Shown here: positions 1-7,809 of the stretch, piece by piece
Layout of the letters: each line of letters starts with the position of its first letter
Numbering within the stretch: position 1 is the stretch's first letter
Assembly (NCBI RefSeq): GCF_000018105.1
Contig: NC_009925.1
Location: forward strand, 360,001-392,000
DNA: 32,000 nt
Direction: 5' to 3'
From: Acaryochloris marina MBIC11017
Lineage (GTDB): Bacteria > Cyanobacteriota > Cyanobacteriia > Thermosynechococcales > Thermosynechococcaceae
Notes under the pieces: model-generated
The model's database searches: none
The model's input: the letters and a program-made list of their open reading frames with translations, nothing else
Told to the model about the DNA's origin: nothing
Translations under genes and position numbers: made by a program

Positions 1-719
1 TCAGTTTTTAGGCTTTGGTAGTATTGCTGTTGTAGCTTTATTTTCAACAATCGATCAGAAAAAATTTCAAAGGATTCGGGACAGTATTTTGAAATATTCT
101 GGTGTAAATCAATAAATACATTGCAGTCTTGCTTCCTTTTCCCAAAAGATATTTCATGAGCAATAAAATCATAGTGAAAATTCTTAATTATCTTGTAGAG
201 AATCGAATAATTCCATCCTTGGTTTACATAAGGAGAACGATAATTAAGACTAATCAGTAGATTTACACAACGTTTAAAGTCTTTTCTTGAAACTAAAAAA
301 TCTAAGTCACAGAACTGTCTAGCATGAGTACCTCCGTAAGCAATCTGCGCAAGTGTTGGCCCTTTGAAAGGGATCACATCAATATCATGGGTTTCAAACA
401 GGTTCAATAACTGTTTAAGTTCTTCCACATGTAAAGTATTTTTTAAAGTGATTTCACAAGAATACTTTCTAAGGCTAGCAAGCAGATAATCTGGAATATT
501 TTTATGAGTATGTTGCTTAAGACATTGGTATACGGGTGGTATTACTTTATGGAACTTAGTTAACCTCAAAAAATGGTGCCAATCAATACTATGATGATCT
601 AGTATCGCATTAATTTTAAAATACCTAGTTTGTGATTTTAATTGAAGACAGGATAAAAGCAGCTTTTGCTCATTAGAGAATTCAGTAGAACTTCTTTTTT
701 TCAGTTTTATATAAATCAC
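1..719 (-). CDS. Nucleotidyltransferase family protein (PF14907-like), C-terminus outside the window
   Basis: Hand translation of the minus strand is open from a stop at about 735 down to position 1. There is no in-frame ATG, so GTG at 719-717 is the likely start. The product reads VIYIKLKKRSSTEFSNEQKLLLSCLQLK...HVEELKQLLNLFETHDIDVIPFKGPTLAQIAYGGTHARQFCDLDFLVSRKDF. The EQxLLLxC N-terminus and the PFKGP...Y......R...DLDxLV block are as I recall for the uncharacterised nucleotidyltransferase family. The ORF is absent from the track because it has no stop in the window. Confidence 0.7.
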   Translation of the reverse strand, partial: MIYIKLKKRSSTEFSNEQKLLLSCLQLKSQTRYFKINAILDHHSIDWHHFLRLTKFHKVIPPVYQCLKQHTHKNIPDYLLASLRKYSCEITLKNTLHVEELKQLLNLFETHDIDVIPFKGPTLAQIAYGGTHARQFCDLDFLVSRKDFKRCVNLLISLNYRSPYVNQGWNYSILYKIIKNFHYDFIAHEISFGKRKQDCNVFIDLHQNISKYCPESFEIFSDRLLKIKLQQQYYQSLKT

Positions 720-769
720 AAAACGATAGCAATATCAATTTCAATATACAAATAATCTAAAGATACTTA

Positions 770-1654
770 CTAACAAAGAGGCATTAATCTTCGATGATAT
801 CCTTGTTCATGAATCTGGATTTTCTCAACGGTTTTTGATATTGAATTTAGATCGAGAGGTCTTGTAAGTAAATAGACTGGTACCTTCTTAAGCAGGGCCG
901 TACATTGCTCAAAGTGAAGCTTCACAAACTGAGGATGAATTAGTTCCTTAGTTGCTCGAGAATTTTTTAAAATCTCTAGAAATGCTTGCTGTGGATTAAG
1001 CTTGATAATAGAAAATTCCTTCCCTTGATTAAGGACATAGATACTTGATAAGGGTAGGGCAGGAAATTCTTTTTGAGGAAGAAGGTGAACCTTCTTAGAA
1101 GAGTAGCCGTATATTGATTTAAGCTTATCAGGCTGATGTCCCATTGCAATAGCGGAATCAGGCCATAACTTGATCCGGGGGATGCTGGGTAGAACAGTTG
1201 GAAAATCGGAAGCAAATTGAATGGCTAATACATCGTCAGTAATTACCGAGCAATCATGATGATGGAATGCTTCTGCCAAAGTGGACTTGCCAGCCTTCGA
1301 ATGACCTAAAAATGCAGTAGCAGCATTTTGTAATACAACACAGCTTCCATGCAAAACAAGCTGACCTTGTTGGCGAAGAAGAATAGTAAAAATTGGCCCA
1401 TAGAGTATGGATCGAACTAAACCGATTTCGACATTAGCAAAAGGCTCAATGACTATTTCTTGTCCTTTATACACAAGGAAACGAAGAATGTTCGATATTC
1501 TACCTCGAAAACAGAAGCCAGCATCATGCTTATGATGGTATGTTGCTAATTTATCAATCTTTAGTACTACATCTGGGCGTCCATCTGCTTCAACAAGCTC
1601 AGGCAAGTAAATATCTGACTGAATACAGAAACCAAACACCGAATAGACTGGCAT
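770..1654 (-). CDS. HPr-kinase-related (HprK C-terminal-like) P-loop serine kinase homologue
   Basis: 294-aa ORF. LVLHGSCVVLQNAATAFLGHSKAGKSTLAEAFHHHDCSVITDDV matches the HprK-like pattern LHAS.V...G.ailF.G.SG.GKST.A.....G....DD. It is co-directional with the peptide gene upstream and the nucleotidyltransferase downstream. Confidence 0.75.
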   Translation of the reverse strand: MPVYSVFGFCIQSDIYLPELVEADGRPDVVLKIDKLATYHHKHDAGFCFRGRISNILRFLVYKGQEIVIEPFANVEIGLVRSILYGPIFTILLRQQGQLVLHGSCVVLQNAATAFLGHSKAGKSTLAEAFHHHDCSVITDDVLAIQFASDFPTVLPSIPRIKLWPDSAIAMGHQPDKLKSIYGYSSKKVHLLPQKEFPALPLSSIYVLNQGKEFSIIKLNPQQAFLEILKNSRATKELIHPQFVKLHFEQCTALLKKVPVYLLTRPLDLNSISKTVEKIQIHEQGYHRRLMPLC

Positions 1655-1689
1655 ATCAAGTTTATTGATATAGTTAATAGCTTGATATT

Positions 1690-1720
1690 AAAGAGGAAAG
1701 AACTAATTTCTTCCCTCTTT
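1690..1720 (-). terminator. Imperfect hairpin between the peptide gene and the kinase gene (possible attenuator or partial terminator)
   Basis: Plus strand aaagaggaaagaa-ctaa-tttcttccctcttt. The stem is about 13 bp with one bulge and a 4-nt loop. It lies 16 nt after the peptide stop codon and is followed on the minus strand by an A/T-rich stretch. Confidence 0.35.
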
Positions 1721-1735
1721 AATGGTAAATTCTGC

Positions 1736-1900
1736 CTAACCGTCATCAAGTTCCGGAGCAATTACAGCTGCAGATTCAAAATCATCATCAACTTCTTCAA
1801 ATTGTTCTTCAAACTCCCTAGCTTCATCATCAAATTCTTGTGTGATACCTACTAAAGAACCAAAGGCAGTCAACTTAGGTGTTGAAAATTTCCGTTTCAT
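1736..1900 (-). CDS. 54-aa candidate RiPP precursor: lasso-type leader followed by a hyper-acidic C-terminal region
   Basis: ATG at 1900-1898 and TAG at 1738-1736, with GGAG (1914-1911) 10 nt upstream. Product: MKRKFSTPKLTAFGSLVGITQEFDDEAREFEEQFEEVDDDFESAAVIAPELDDG. Residues 5-21 fit YxxPxLx3Gx5Tx, with F in place of Y. It is too short for the ORF track. Confidence 0.6.
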   Translation of the reverse strand: MKRKFSTPKLTAFGSLVGITQEFDDEAREFEEQFEEVDDDFESAAVIAPELDDG

Positions 1901-2100
1901 AATTCAAAAGCTCCAAATAGCGTGTGGATTAGTTAAGGCATGTTCAACGAGAATGAATTAAGTTTAGTAATTCGCAATCTATCGAAAAATTTATATCAAA
2001 AATAAATTCACAAAATAGCCCTTAATAATTACAATATAGTTACTCATGATCACTTTAAGAAAAATCAAAAAAATACTGTAGATAACAAACAAGATGATTC

Positions 2101-4278
2101 TTATTTTGAAATAACTTGCTTTAATAAATTTCTCTTTATTGCAGTCTTCTCTTGATTAGAGTTGTGACCATATCGCGAATAATAAGAATAAAGCTCATTC
2201 TTATTAAGAATTCCGTTAATAACCGTTCCCAAAACACTCAAATTTGAATGAATCAATAGCTCATGGGCTTTCTGAGCATACTCACGCTCTAAATGACCTG
2301 GGCGAGCAACTAATAGGATGCCATCAACTACTTTGCCAATAATAAGGGGATCAGCAACAGAAACCAGAGGTGGTGCATCAATAAGGATGTAGTCATAATG
2401 TTCTATTTGAACCTGTACAAAATTAGCAAATTGTTCAGATTCCAACATCGGTAGTGGATTGGATGAAATCCTTCCTGCAGTAATAATCTCTAAATTATCT
2501 GCAACCTTATGAGTTGGCAATTCTTGATGATAATTAAAATGTTTATTCAATAATATATGCGTTAAGCCTTCTTGATTCCCTAATTCCCAGATTTGATGTT
2601 GAGAGGCTAAGCGAATATCAGCATCAATCAATAAAACTCGATGGTTCATTTGAGCCAAAGAAACCGCTAAATTAGCACAAGTCGTACTTTTACCCTCTTG
2701 GTTTATGGCACTAGTCATCATTAATACTCTAGGAGAATGTTCCAAACCATGGAATTTCAAGCTAGATTGGAGCATTCTGTAAGCTTCACTTAAGTGAGAA
2801 GCAGGGTCGGACAAAGTTGGTAGTTTTAGGGATTCCGCTTCACTTTCGTCAAACAAAGGAATTTCACCTAACACTCGATAAGGGTAAACTTGTCTAATTT
2901 CATCTTTGGATTTTAGCTTTCGATCTATTCGTTCTAGAACATAGACTACCCCTGATGCCAAAAGTATACCTGCTAATCCGCCTCGCATCGCTGCTGAGAT
3001 AAAAGTGGTTTTAGATGGTTCCGGATCAGTCGCACTTTCTAAAATACTCACAGTCAAGGGAGACTGATTTTCAGTAACTTTCAACTCTTGAATTTGTTCA
3101 AGCAAATTTCGATAGGTAGAAGCAGATGCTTTTGCAGTTCTCTCTAGCTCATTCTGACGTTGTTCTAATTGAGGCAAATTTCGTGCTTGCTGACGATAAC
3201 TAGACAATTGTTGTCTCAATTTCAACTGTTGCTTAGACAACCCATTACGCCTAATATCCAGCTGGATAAGTTGGGAGCGCAAATCATCTTCTTGATTCGA
3301 GTCAAAATTTAACTGGGCATCAGACTGAGCAAATTTTTCTATTTTTTGGCTTAGCAATTGCTTTAATTGAGCCTGCCTCTCCAATAATTCCAAAACAGCG
3401 GGATGATCTTCTCTAAAGTTTGATTTTGCTTCCGCTAGGTCTTTGTCTATCTCCTCAAGGCTAGTTGATATATTCTTGTGGGCAGTTGAAATTCCTAATA
3501 TTGCTTGCTGTGGATTCACTTTTAGCATATTTTGCAGACTTAGCTGCTGAGTTTGCACCTCTACTAACTCCCTATCGATTTCATCTAGGGCTGTCTGGAG
3601 TTGAGAAAGGTTAGTTGCGTTAGCAGATTTAGCAATCTCTAGATCGGCAATCTGATAGGTTTCCTTAAATTTGCGCAATGCTGTTTCTGCAGAGTTAACG
3701 CGCTGCTTAACTTGAGGCAGTTGTTTTTCAATAAACGAAATTGCTGATTGGGTAGATGCTTGTTTCGACTTAGGAGTATTGTCAACATATTGCTGCATCA
3801 GCAAGTTAACAATATTTTTGGGAAATTCGCGATTATAACTTTTGAATCGAATCTGGACTACGTTAGTCTCATCAAATTGAGAAATATCTAACCCAGATTT
3901 AATTTGCTCTACGCTAGGCCGGGAGAACAGACCTTGACTTTCAATGGCCAAAGCAAGCATACTAAGCCGTCTGGGACTTTTCATAGTAAGGATTTCAGTG
4001 TCTAGTGACCTTTGCCAACGTAAACTAGATTGTTGCCGACTTTCATCATCGACTGCAGAATCTAGACCAATTAATTTTGAGCTCCGTTGACTTTCCTCAA
4101 ATTTCAGTTGCCCAACCGCTTCATAAATAGGTTTCTCTTGAAAAGCTTGCAGCAACGCAAGTGATAAAACGGTCAAAAAAGTAAATCCCGCAGGCAAACC
4201 TCGTCTCTTCAGCATCAACCAATAATTTGACAAATCAGACTGTTCAGAGGATTGAACAATATTTAACGGTTGATTCAT
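2101..4278 (-). CDS. Polysaccharide co-polymerase / tyrosine autokinase (Wzc/GumC family), paralogue 1
   Basis: 725 aa. It has an N-terminal TM segment, a Wzz-like region and a long coiled-coil periplasmic part, then a second TM segment. The CpsD/CapB-type P-loop domain follows (SAINQEGKSTTCANLAVSLA, LLIDADIRL, ILIDAPPL), with a C-terminal Tyr cluster ELYSYYSRYGH. Confidence 0.85.
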   Translation of the reverse strand: MNQPLNIVQSSEQSDLSNYWLMLKRRGLPAGFTFLTVLSLALLQAFQEKPIYEAVGQLKFEESQRSSKLIGLDSAVDDESRQQSSLRWQRSLDTEILTMKSPRRLSMLALAIESQGLFSRPSVEQIKSGLDISQFDETNVVQIRFKSYNREFPKNIVNLLMQQYVDNTPKSKQASTQSAISFIEKQLPQVKQRVNSAETALRKFKETYQIADLEIAKSANATNLSQLQTALDEIDRELVEVQTQQLSLQNMLKVNPQQAILGISTAHKNISTSLEEIDKDLAEAKSNFREDHPAVLELLERQAQLKQLLSQKIEKFAQSDAQLNFDSNQEDDLRSQLIQLDIRRNGLSKQQLKLRQQLSSYRQQARNLPQLEQRQNELERTAKASASTYRNLLEQIQELKVTENQSPLTVSILESATDPEPSKTTFISAAMRGGLAGILLASGVVYVLERIDRKLKSKDEIRQVYPYRVLGEIPLFDESEAESLKLPTLSDPASHLSEAYRMLQSSLKFHGLEHSPRVLMMTSAINQEGKSTTCANLAVSLAQMNHRVLLIDADIRLASQHQIWELGNQEGLTHILLNKHFNYHQELPTHKVADNLEIITAGRISSNPLPMLESEQFANFVQVQIEHYDYILIDAPPLVSVADPLIIGKVVDGILLVARPGHLEREYAQKAHELLIHSNLSVLGTVINGILNKNELYSYYSRYGHNSNQEKTAIKRNLLKQVISK

Positions 4279-4461
4279 GAGTGGATACCAGTAACCAGAT
4301 TAGACAAAAGACCGTTCAAAAACGAAATACAAATAAAAGGATTAAGGGTTAATGACTCACTTAAAAAAACAGAATAAATTTATCACCTACTTTTCAAGTG
4401 GGTCTGTAGCTCAAAAGCTTGGGTGATCCTCAAAGTACTCTTAAGCTATTCACAAATAAAT

Positions 4462-4902
4462 TCAAGAATTATGTCTAAACCGCTTCATTAGATAACCTGG
4501 ATTTCTGGACTGTCTTAAGGTAAATTCACTTACTGATGGATTACCTCGAGGATAGCCTACACCTACAACCCGCCTCCAGATATCATTTGGAGGAGTGGAA
4601 ACTCGGTAGGTACGATCATTTTTGTATATGTAATACCATTTAACATCTTGACATTCTTCACACCAAAAAGCCTCTAACCAGTGGTTTCGTAAGACAACTT
4701 CAGAGTGAGTTTCTAGAATCCTTCGTGTAGCTTGTTTACCCATCCCATGTTGCTTAAGATGAGAAGTCTGGTTGGAATAAATTGAAAACTTTTGGCTGGC
4801 GCTATCCAAGTAGCACTTATGTATTGGGCAGTATATCGCTCTGCGCTTTGAGCGATTCCGATTGTGATCGCACCTTCTCCCCAAATTCGGCCTCCTTTGC
4901 AC
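4462..4902 (-). CDS. Hypothetical basic Cys/His-containing protein
   Basis: 146-aa ORF with a very basic N-terminus (RRPNLGRRCDHNRNRSKRR). The CPIH...CEEC spacing suggests a possible zinc site. I recognise no family. The true start may be an internal Met. Confidence 0.45.
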   Translation of the reverse strand: MQRRPNLGRRCDHNRNRSKRRAIYCPIHKCYLDSASQKFSIYSNQTSHLKQHGMGKQATRRILETHSEVVLRNHWLEAFWCEECQDVKWYYIYKNDRTYRVSTPPNDIWRRVVGVGYPRGNPSVSEFTLRQSRNPGYLMKRFRHNS

Positions 4903-5064
4903 GTAAATAAATCATTCGCGGCATCACAAGGTTCGTGTTTTGAGGCTGAGATCGAAAGCGACCATCGAAGACCCAGAAACAGTAATCTAAAAAATTATTC
5001 AGTTAAATCCAATTTCCATCGTTTGGAGAACAGCTATCCCAAACCAAGTAGGATTAAGCTTTAA

Positions 5065-6085
5065 TATATGCAACCGCATCCTTATTTGTTAAAGAAGCGA
5101 AAGCCTTAGCTCATTTATCAAGAGATTCTAAAAATAAAGCTGCTCAATTACTATACGAATGTCAGTCATATTTCCCCCTATGAATCGTTAAGCTAACAAT
5201 GGTCATAGTCTTGGACAAGAAAGGCAAGCAAAAACAAATATCGTCAGTTCAAATACACAAACACTCAAACAGAAATTAATTTTTGCAAAATTTTATCTTG
5301 CCCAATTTTATTATTTCAGCTGAAAGCATAACATGTATTTTTTATTTAGAAGTCACATTAAGTCATGTATCTAGTAATTTAAAGTCACCAAGTAAAAACC
5401 GCTGAAAACTTAATATTTTTCTCAAATTAAGTCATATAAATGTAATTCATACTACTGTCTATATTACTTATATGACATTAACTCTCATTCTTACAGATCA
5501 CCGACGCTAATGATTGTGATCTCTGATACCTTTATTTTAACTTTGTGTTATTTCAGTTCTAGAACTCAACAACCATGCAATCGACAGCTCCAAAATATCC
5601 TAAAACTAGTCGATAATTCTTCCAAAACATATTCTCTATCTACAAATAAATAACAACCTCATCCACTTCCAAGAAAAAGCCTCCTATGAGTGGCCAAGGT
5701 GTTGTTTCTGTTATTAAAACACATGGATTTATTCCTTGGCTAGACTAAAAAATCTCGATTTCCAATCACTTATCACAGGATATTTCAGCACTTTTTTAAT
5801 GACTCCCCCCATCACAGGTGATTAATTGATTTTTCTTATCCATTCCATCAACTTATGGTCTATCCAGTGATAAAAGATCTCATCTATCTTAAGCAGTCAG
5901 CCACTTCAATCACATAGCTTCTGGATGTATTCTTGCAGAGCCCCTGAGTTATACTCATTGTTCGAGGTATATTCAACTCTAGCGACAGAAAACCAGCATC
6001 CATGCCTTGCCAGTATGGTTATGAGAAGAGTAATAGACCTCTCCTGTAAGGGAACTATGAAGTTAGTGAATGGAGATAATTAACC
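5065..6085. promoter_or_regulatory. About 1 kb AT-rich ORF-free spacer with clustered short motifs, upstream of the epimerase gene and of the 4462-4902 gene
   Basis: No ORF of 60 aa or more in any frame. There are four AAGTCA direct repeats within 5350-5436, a 9-bp inverted repeat GTCATATAA/TTATATGAC (5431-5439 / 5469-5477), and eight ATCAC/GTGAT pentamers between 5488 and 5912. These include AGATCAC-N14-GTGATCT (5487-5521) and ATCACAGGTGAT (5811-5822). Confidence 0.4.
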
Positions 6086-7057
6086 ATGCGAGTTCTGGTT
6101 ACAGGTGCCGCCGGTTTTATTGGTTACCATCTATCTCAACGCCTTTTGCTAGATAGAGCACAGGTATTTGGAATCGACAATCTCAATAACTATTATGCTG
6201 TCGATCTCAAAAAATCACGACTCGCCCAATTAGAGCCCAATCAGAATTTCCAGTTCCAATGTCTAGATCTCAGCGATCGCAACGGTATGGAAACCCTGTT
6301 TGAGAGCAATACCTTTGATGGTGTAATTCATTTAGCTGCTCAGGCTGGGGTTCGCTATTCTCTAGACAACCCTCATGCCTATGTAGACAGTAATCTGGTG
6401 GGCTTCCTTCATATCCTTGAGGGCTGTCGCCAAAGCAACATATCTCATCTGGTTTATGCGTCCTCTAGCTCAGTCTATGGTGCCAATAAAAAAGTCCCTT
6501 TTTCCGTAGAAGATAATGTGGACCATCCCGTTTCTTTATATGCCGCCACCAAGAAATCGAATGAGTTAATGGCCCATTCCTATAGCCATCTATATCAAAT
6601 ACCGATCACCGGACTGCGATTTTTTACGGTATATGGTCCCTGGGGACGGCCAGATATGGCCTATTTCAAGTTTGTGGATGCCATAGCAAATAACAAATCC
6701 ATCGATGTCTACAACCACGGAAAAATGCAGCGAGATTTTACCTATATCGATGATGTCGTCGAAGGTATTGTCCGAGTTCTCCATCAGCCTCCAAACCCAG
6801 ACACCACAACCCCTCCCTACAAGCTCTACAACATTGGCAATAACCAACCCGTAACCCTGATGCGCTTTATCGAAGTAATTGAAACCGCCATGGGTAAAAC
6901 GGCGGACAAGAACTTTTTACCCATGCAACCGGGGGATGTCCCAGCAACCTATGCAGACGTAGATGCCTTAATGAATGACGTGGGCTTTCAACCCAAAACC
7001 CCAATTGAAGATGGGATTCAAAAATTTGTAACTTGGTATCGCAGCTATTATCAATAG
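6086..7057 (+). CDS. NAD-dependent epimerase, UDP-glucuronate 4-epimerase-like (CapI/WbnF type)
   Basis: 323 aa. Motifs: VTGAAGFIG Rossmann fold, HLAAQAGVRYS, ASSSSVYG, YAATKK catalytic YxxxK, and RFFTVYGPWGRPDMA, which is typical of UDP-GlcA 4-epimerases. Confidence 0.8.
   Translation: MRVLVTGAAGFIGYHLSQRLLLDRAQVFGIDNLNNYYAVDLKKSRLAQLEPNQNFQFQCLDLSDRNGMETLFESNTFDGVIHLAAQAGVRYSLDNPHAYVDSNLVGFLHILEGCRQSNISHLVYASSSSVYGANKKVPFSVEDNVDHPVSLYAATKKSNELMAHSYSHLYQIPITGLRFFTVYGPWGRPDMAYFKFVDAIANNKSIDVYNHGKMQRDFTYIDDVVEGIVRVLHQPPNPDTTTPPYKLYNIGNNQPVTLMRFIEVIETAMGKTADKNFLPMQPGDVPATYADVDALMNDVGFQPKTPIEDGIQKFVTWYRSYYQ
6273..6280. repeat. HIP1 octamer GCGATCGC
   Basis: Exact match read in the sequence. 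Confidence 0.95.
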
Positions 7058-7433
7058 CTCATTTCAAACCTGTGTTTTCTTCCATCTCTGCCTAAAACTT
7101 CAGCAAAGCTTGTGGATTGCCTTCATCAGAATCAAGGTGGAATCCGATGTTAGCAACGTTTTTGTCCTAAAAACGAATGGGTGGAACGTCAACCTATTTC
7201 GTTTCTAATCTAAATCACAGAATTCCATCAGGGTAACCTCAGTCTCTTTGATTAGATTAGTGAATATCAAGGGTACTTCAATCCCCTTACAAACCAAACT
7301 CACCATCGTTATCTATACGCACCTATCGATAGCAGCTGACTATCCCTTATCGGATACTCCTAGGTCGAGCTATAGATTCTAAGGGTTAGAAACGCGCTGG
7401 TAATTTCCACCAAAACAAAACACCTTTAAAACC

Positions 7434-7805
7434 ATGACCCCCCACATATTGCTGGTTGAAGATGAAGTTAGAATTGCTCAGCTCGTTGAACTGGAATTAT
7501 CCGATGCAGGGTATCAAGTCAATATTGCCCATGATGGCCAAGTCGGCTTAGAACTTGCCCAGGCCATCCAACCAGATGCCATCGTTCTGGATTGGACCCT
7601 GCCAAATTTGACAGGTTTAGAAATATGTCAGCAACTTCGGGCAACCGGGAATGCAGTTCCGATTGTGTTTGCGACCGCCATGGATGATCAACCCCATCGT
7701 CAAGCGGCTATGGCCGCAGGTGCCAATGCCTATGTTGTCAAACCCTACAGTATTAGCGATTTGATGGAGACCCTGACTGCTCAGCTTCCCAGCGCTGCCG
7801 CTTAA
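7434..7805 (+). CDS. Single-domain response regulator (CheY-like receiver)
   Basis: 123 aa. Motifs: ILLVEDE acidic pocket, phospho-acceptor context VLDWTLPNLTG, and conserved Lys in VVKPY. No output domain. Confidence 0.9.
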   Translation: MTPHILLVEDEVRIAQLVELELSDAGYQVNIAHDGQVGLELAQAIQPDAIVLDWTLPNLTGLEICQQLRATGNAVPIVFATAMDDQPHRQAAMAAGANAYVVKPYSISDLMETLTAQLPSAAA

Positions 7806-7809
7806 ATTC

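Noticed and set aside
976-1215. 79-aa minus-strand ORF inside the HprK-like gene, and a similar one at 1567-1761
   Set aside because: These are alternative-frame ORFs nested in or overlapping a gene with clear family motifs. Their composition is low-complexity Leu/Ser/Phe-rich, as expected of AT-rich off-frame translation. ORF 1567-1761 also overlaps the 3' end of the better-supported peptide gene in another frame.
4864-5064. 66-aa plus-strand ORF at the edge of the long spacer
   Set aside because: It overlaps the 5' end of the 4462-4902 gene antisense. It has no recognisable SD or family motif, and the sequence looks like random translation.
6590-6847. Antisense or off-frame ORFs inside well-supported genes. 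They are 6590-6847, 7617-7856, 7850-8032, 8154-8587, 9515-9775, 10540-10746, 11201-11440, 12486-13038, 14027-14303, the plus-strand series across 14957-16186, the minus-strand off-frame ORFs 15138-15344, 16335-16586 and 16818-17051, and 17879-18121, 19236-19761, 20334-20564, 20939-21145, 22167-22515, 23280-23838, 24481-24708, 25040-25640, 26771-27209 and 27603-28729.
   Set aside because: These are shadow ORFs opposite to, or out of frame with, genes carrying strong diagnostic motifs. None shows a domain signature. Their compositions are Ser/Arg/Leu-rich, as is typical of antisense translation.
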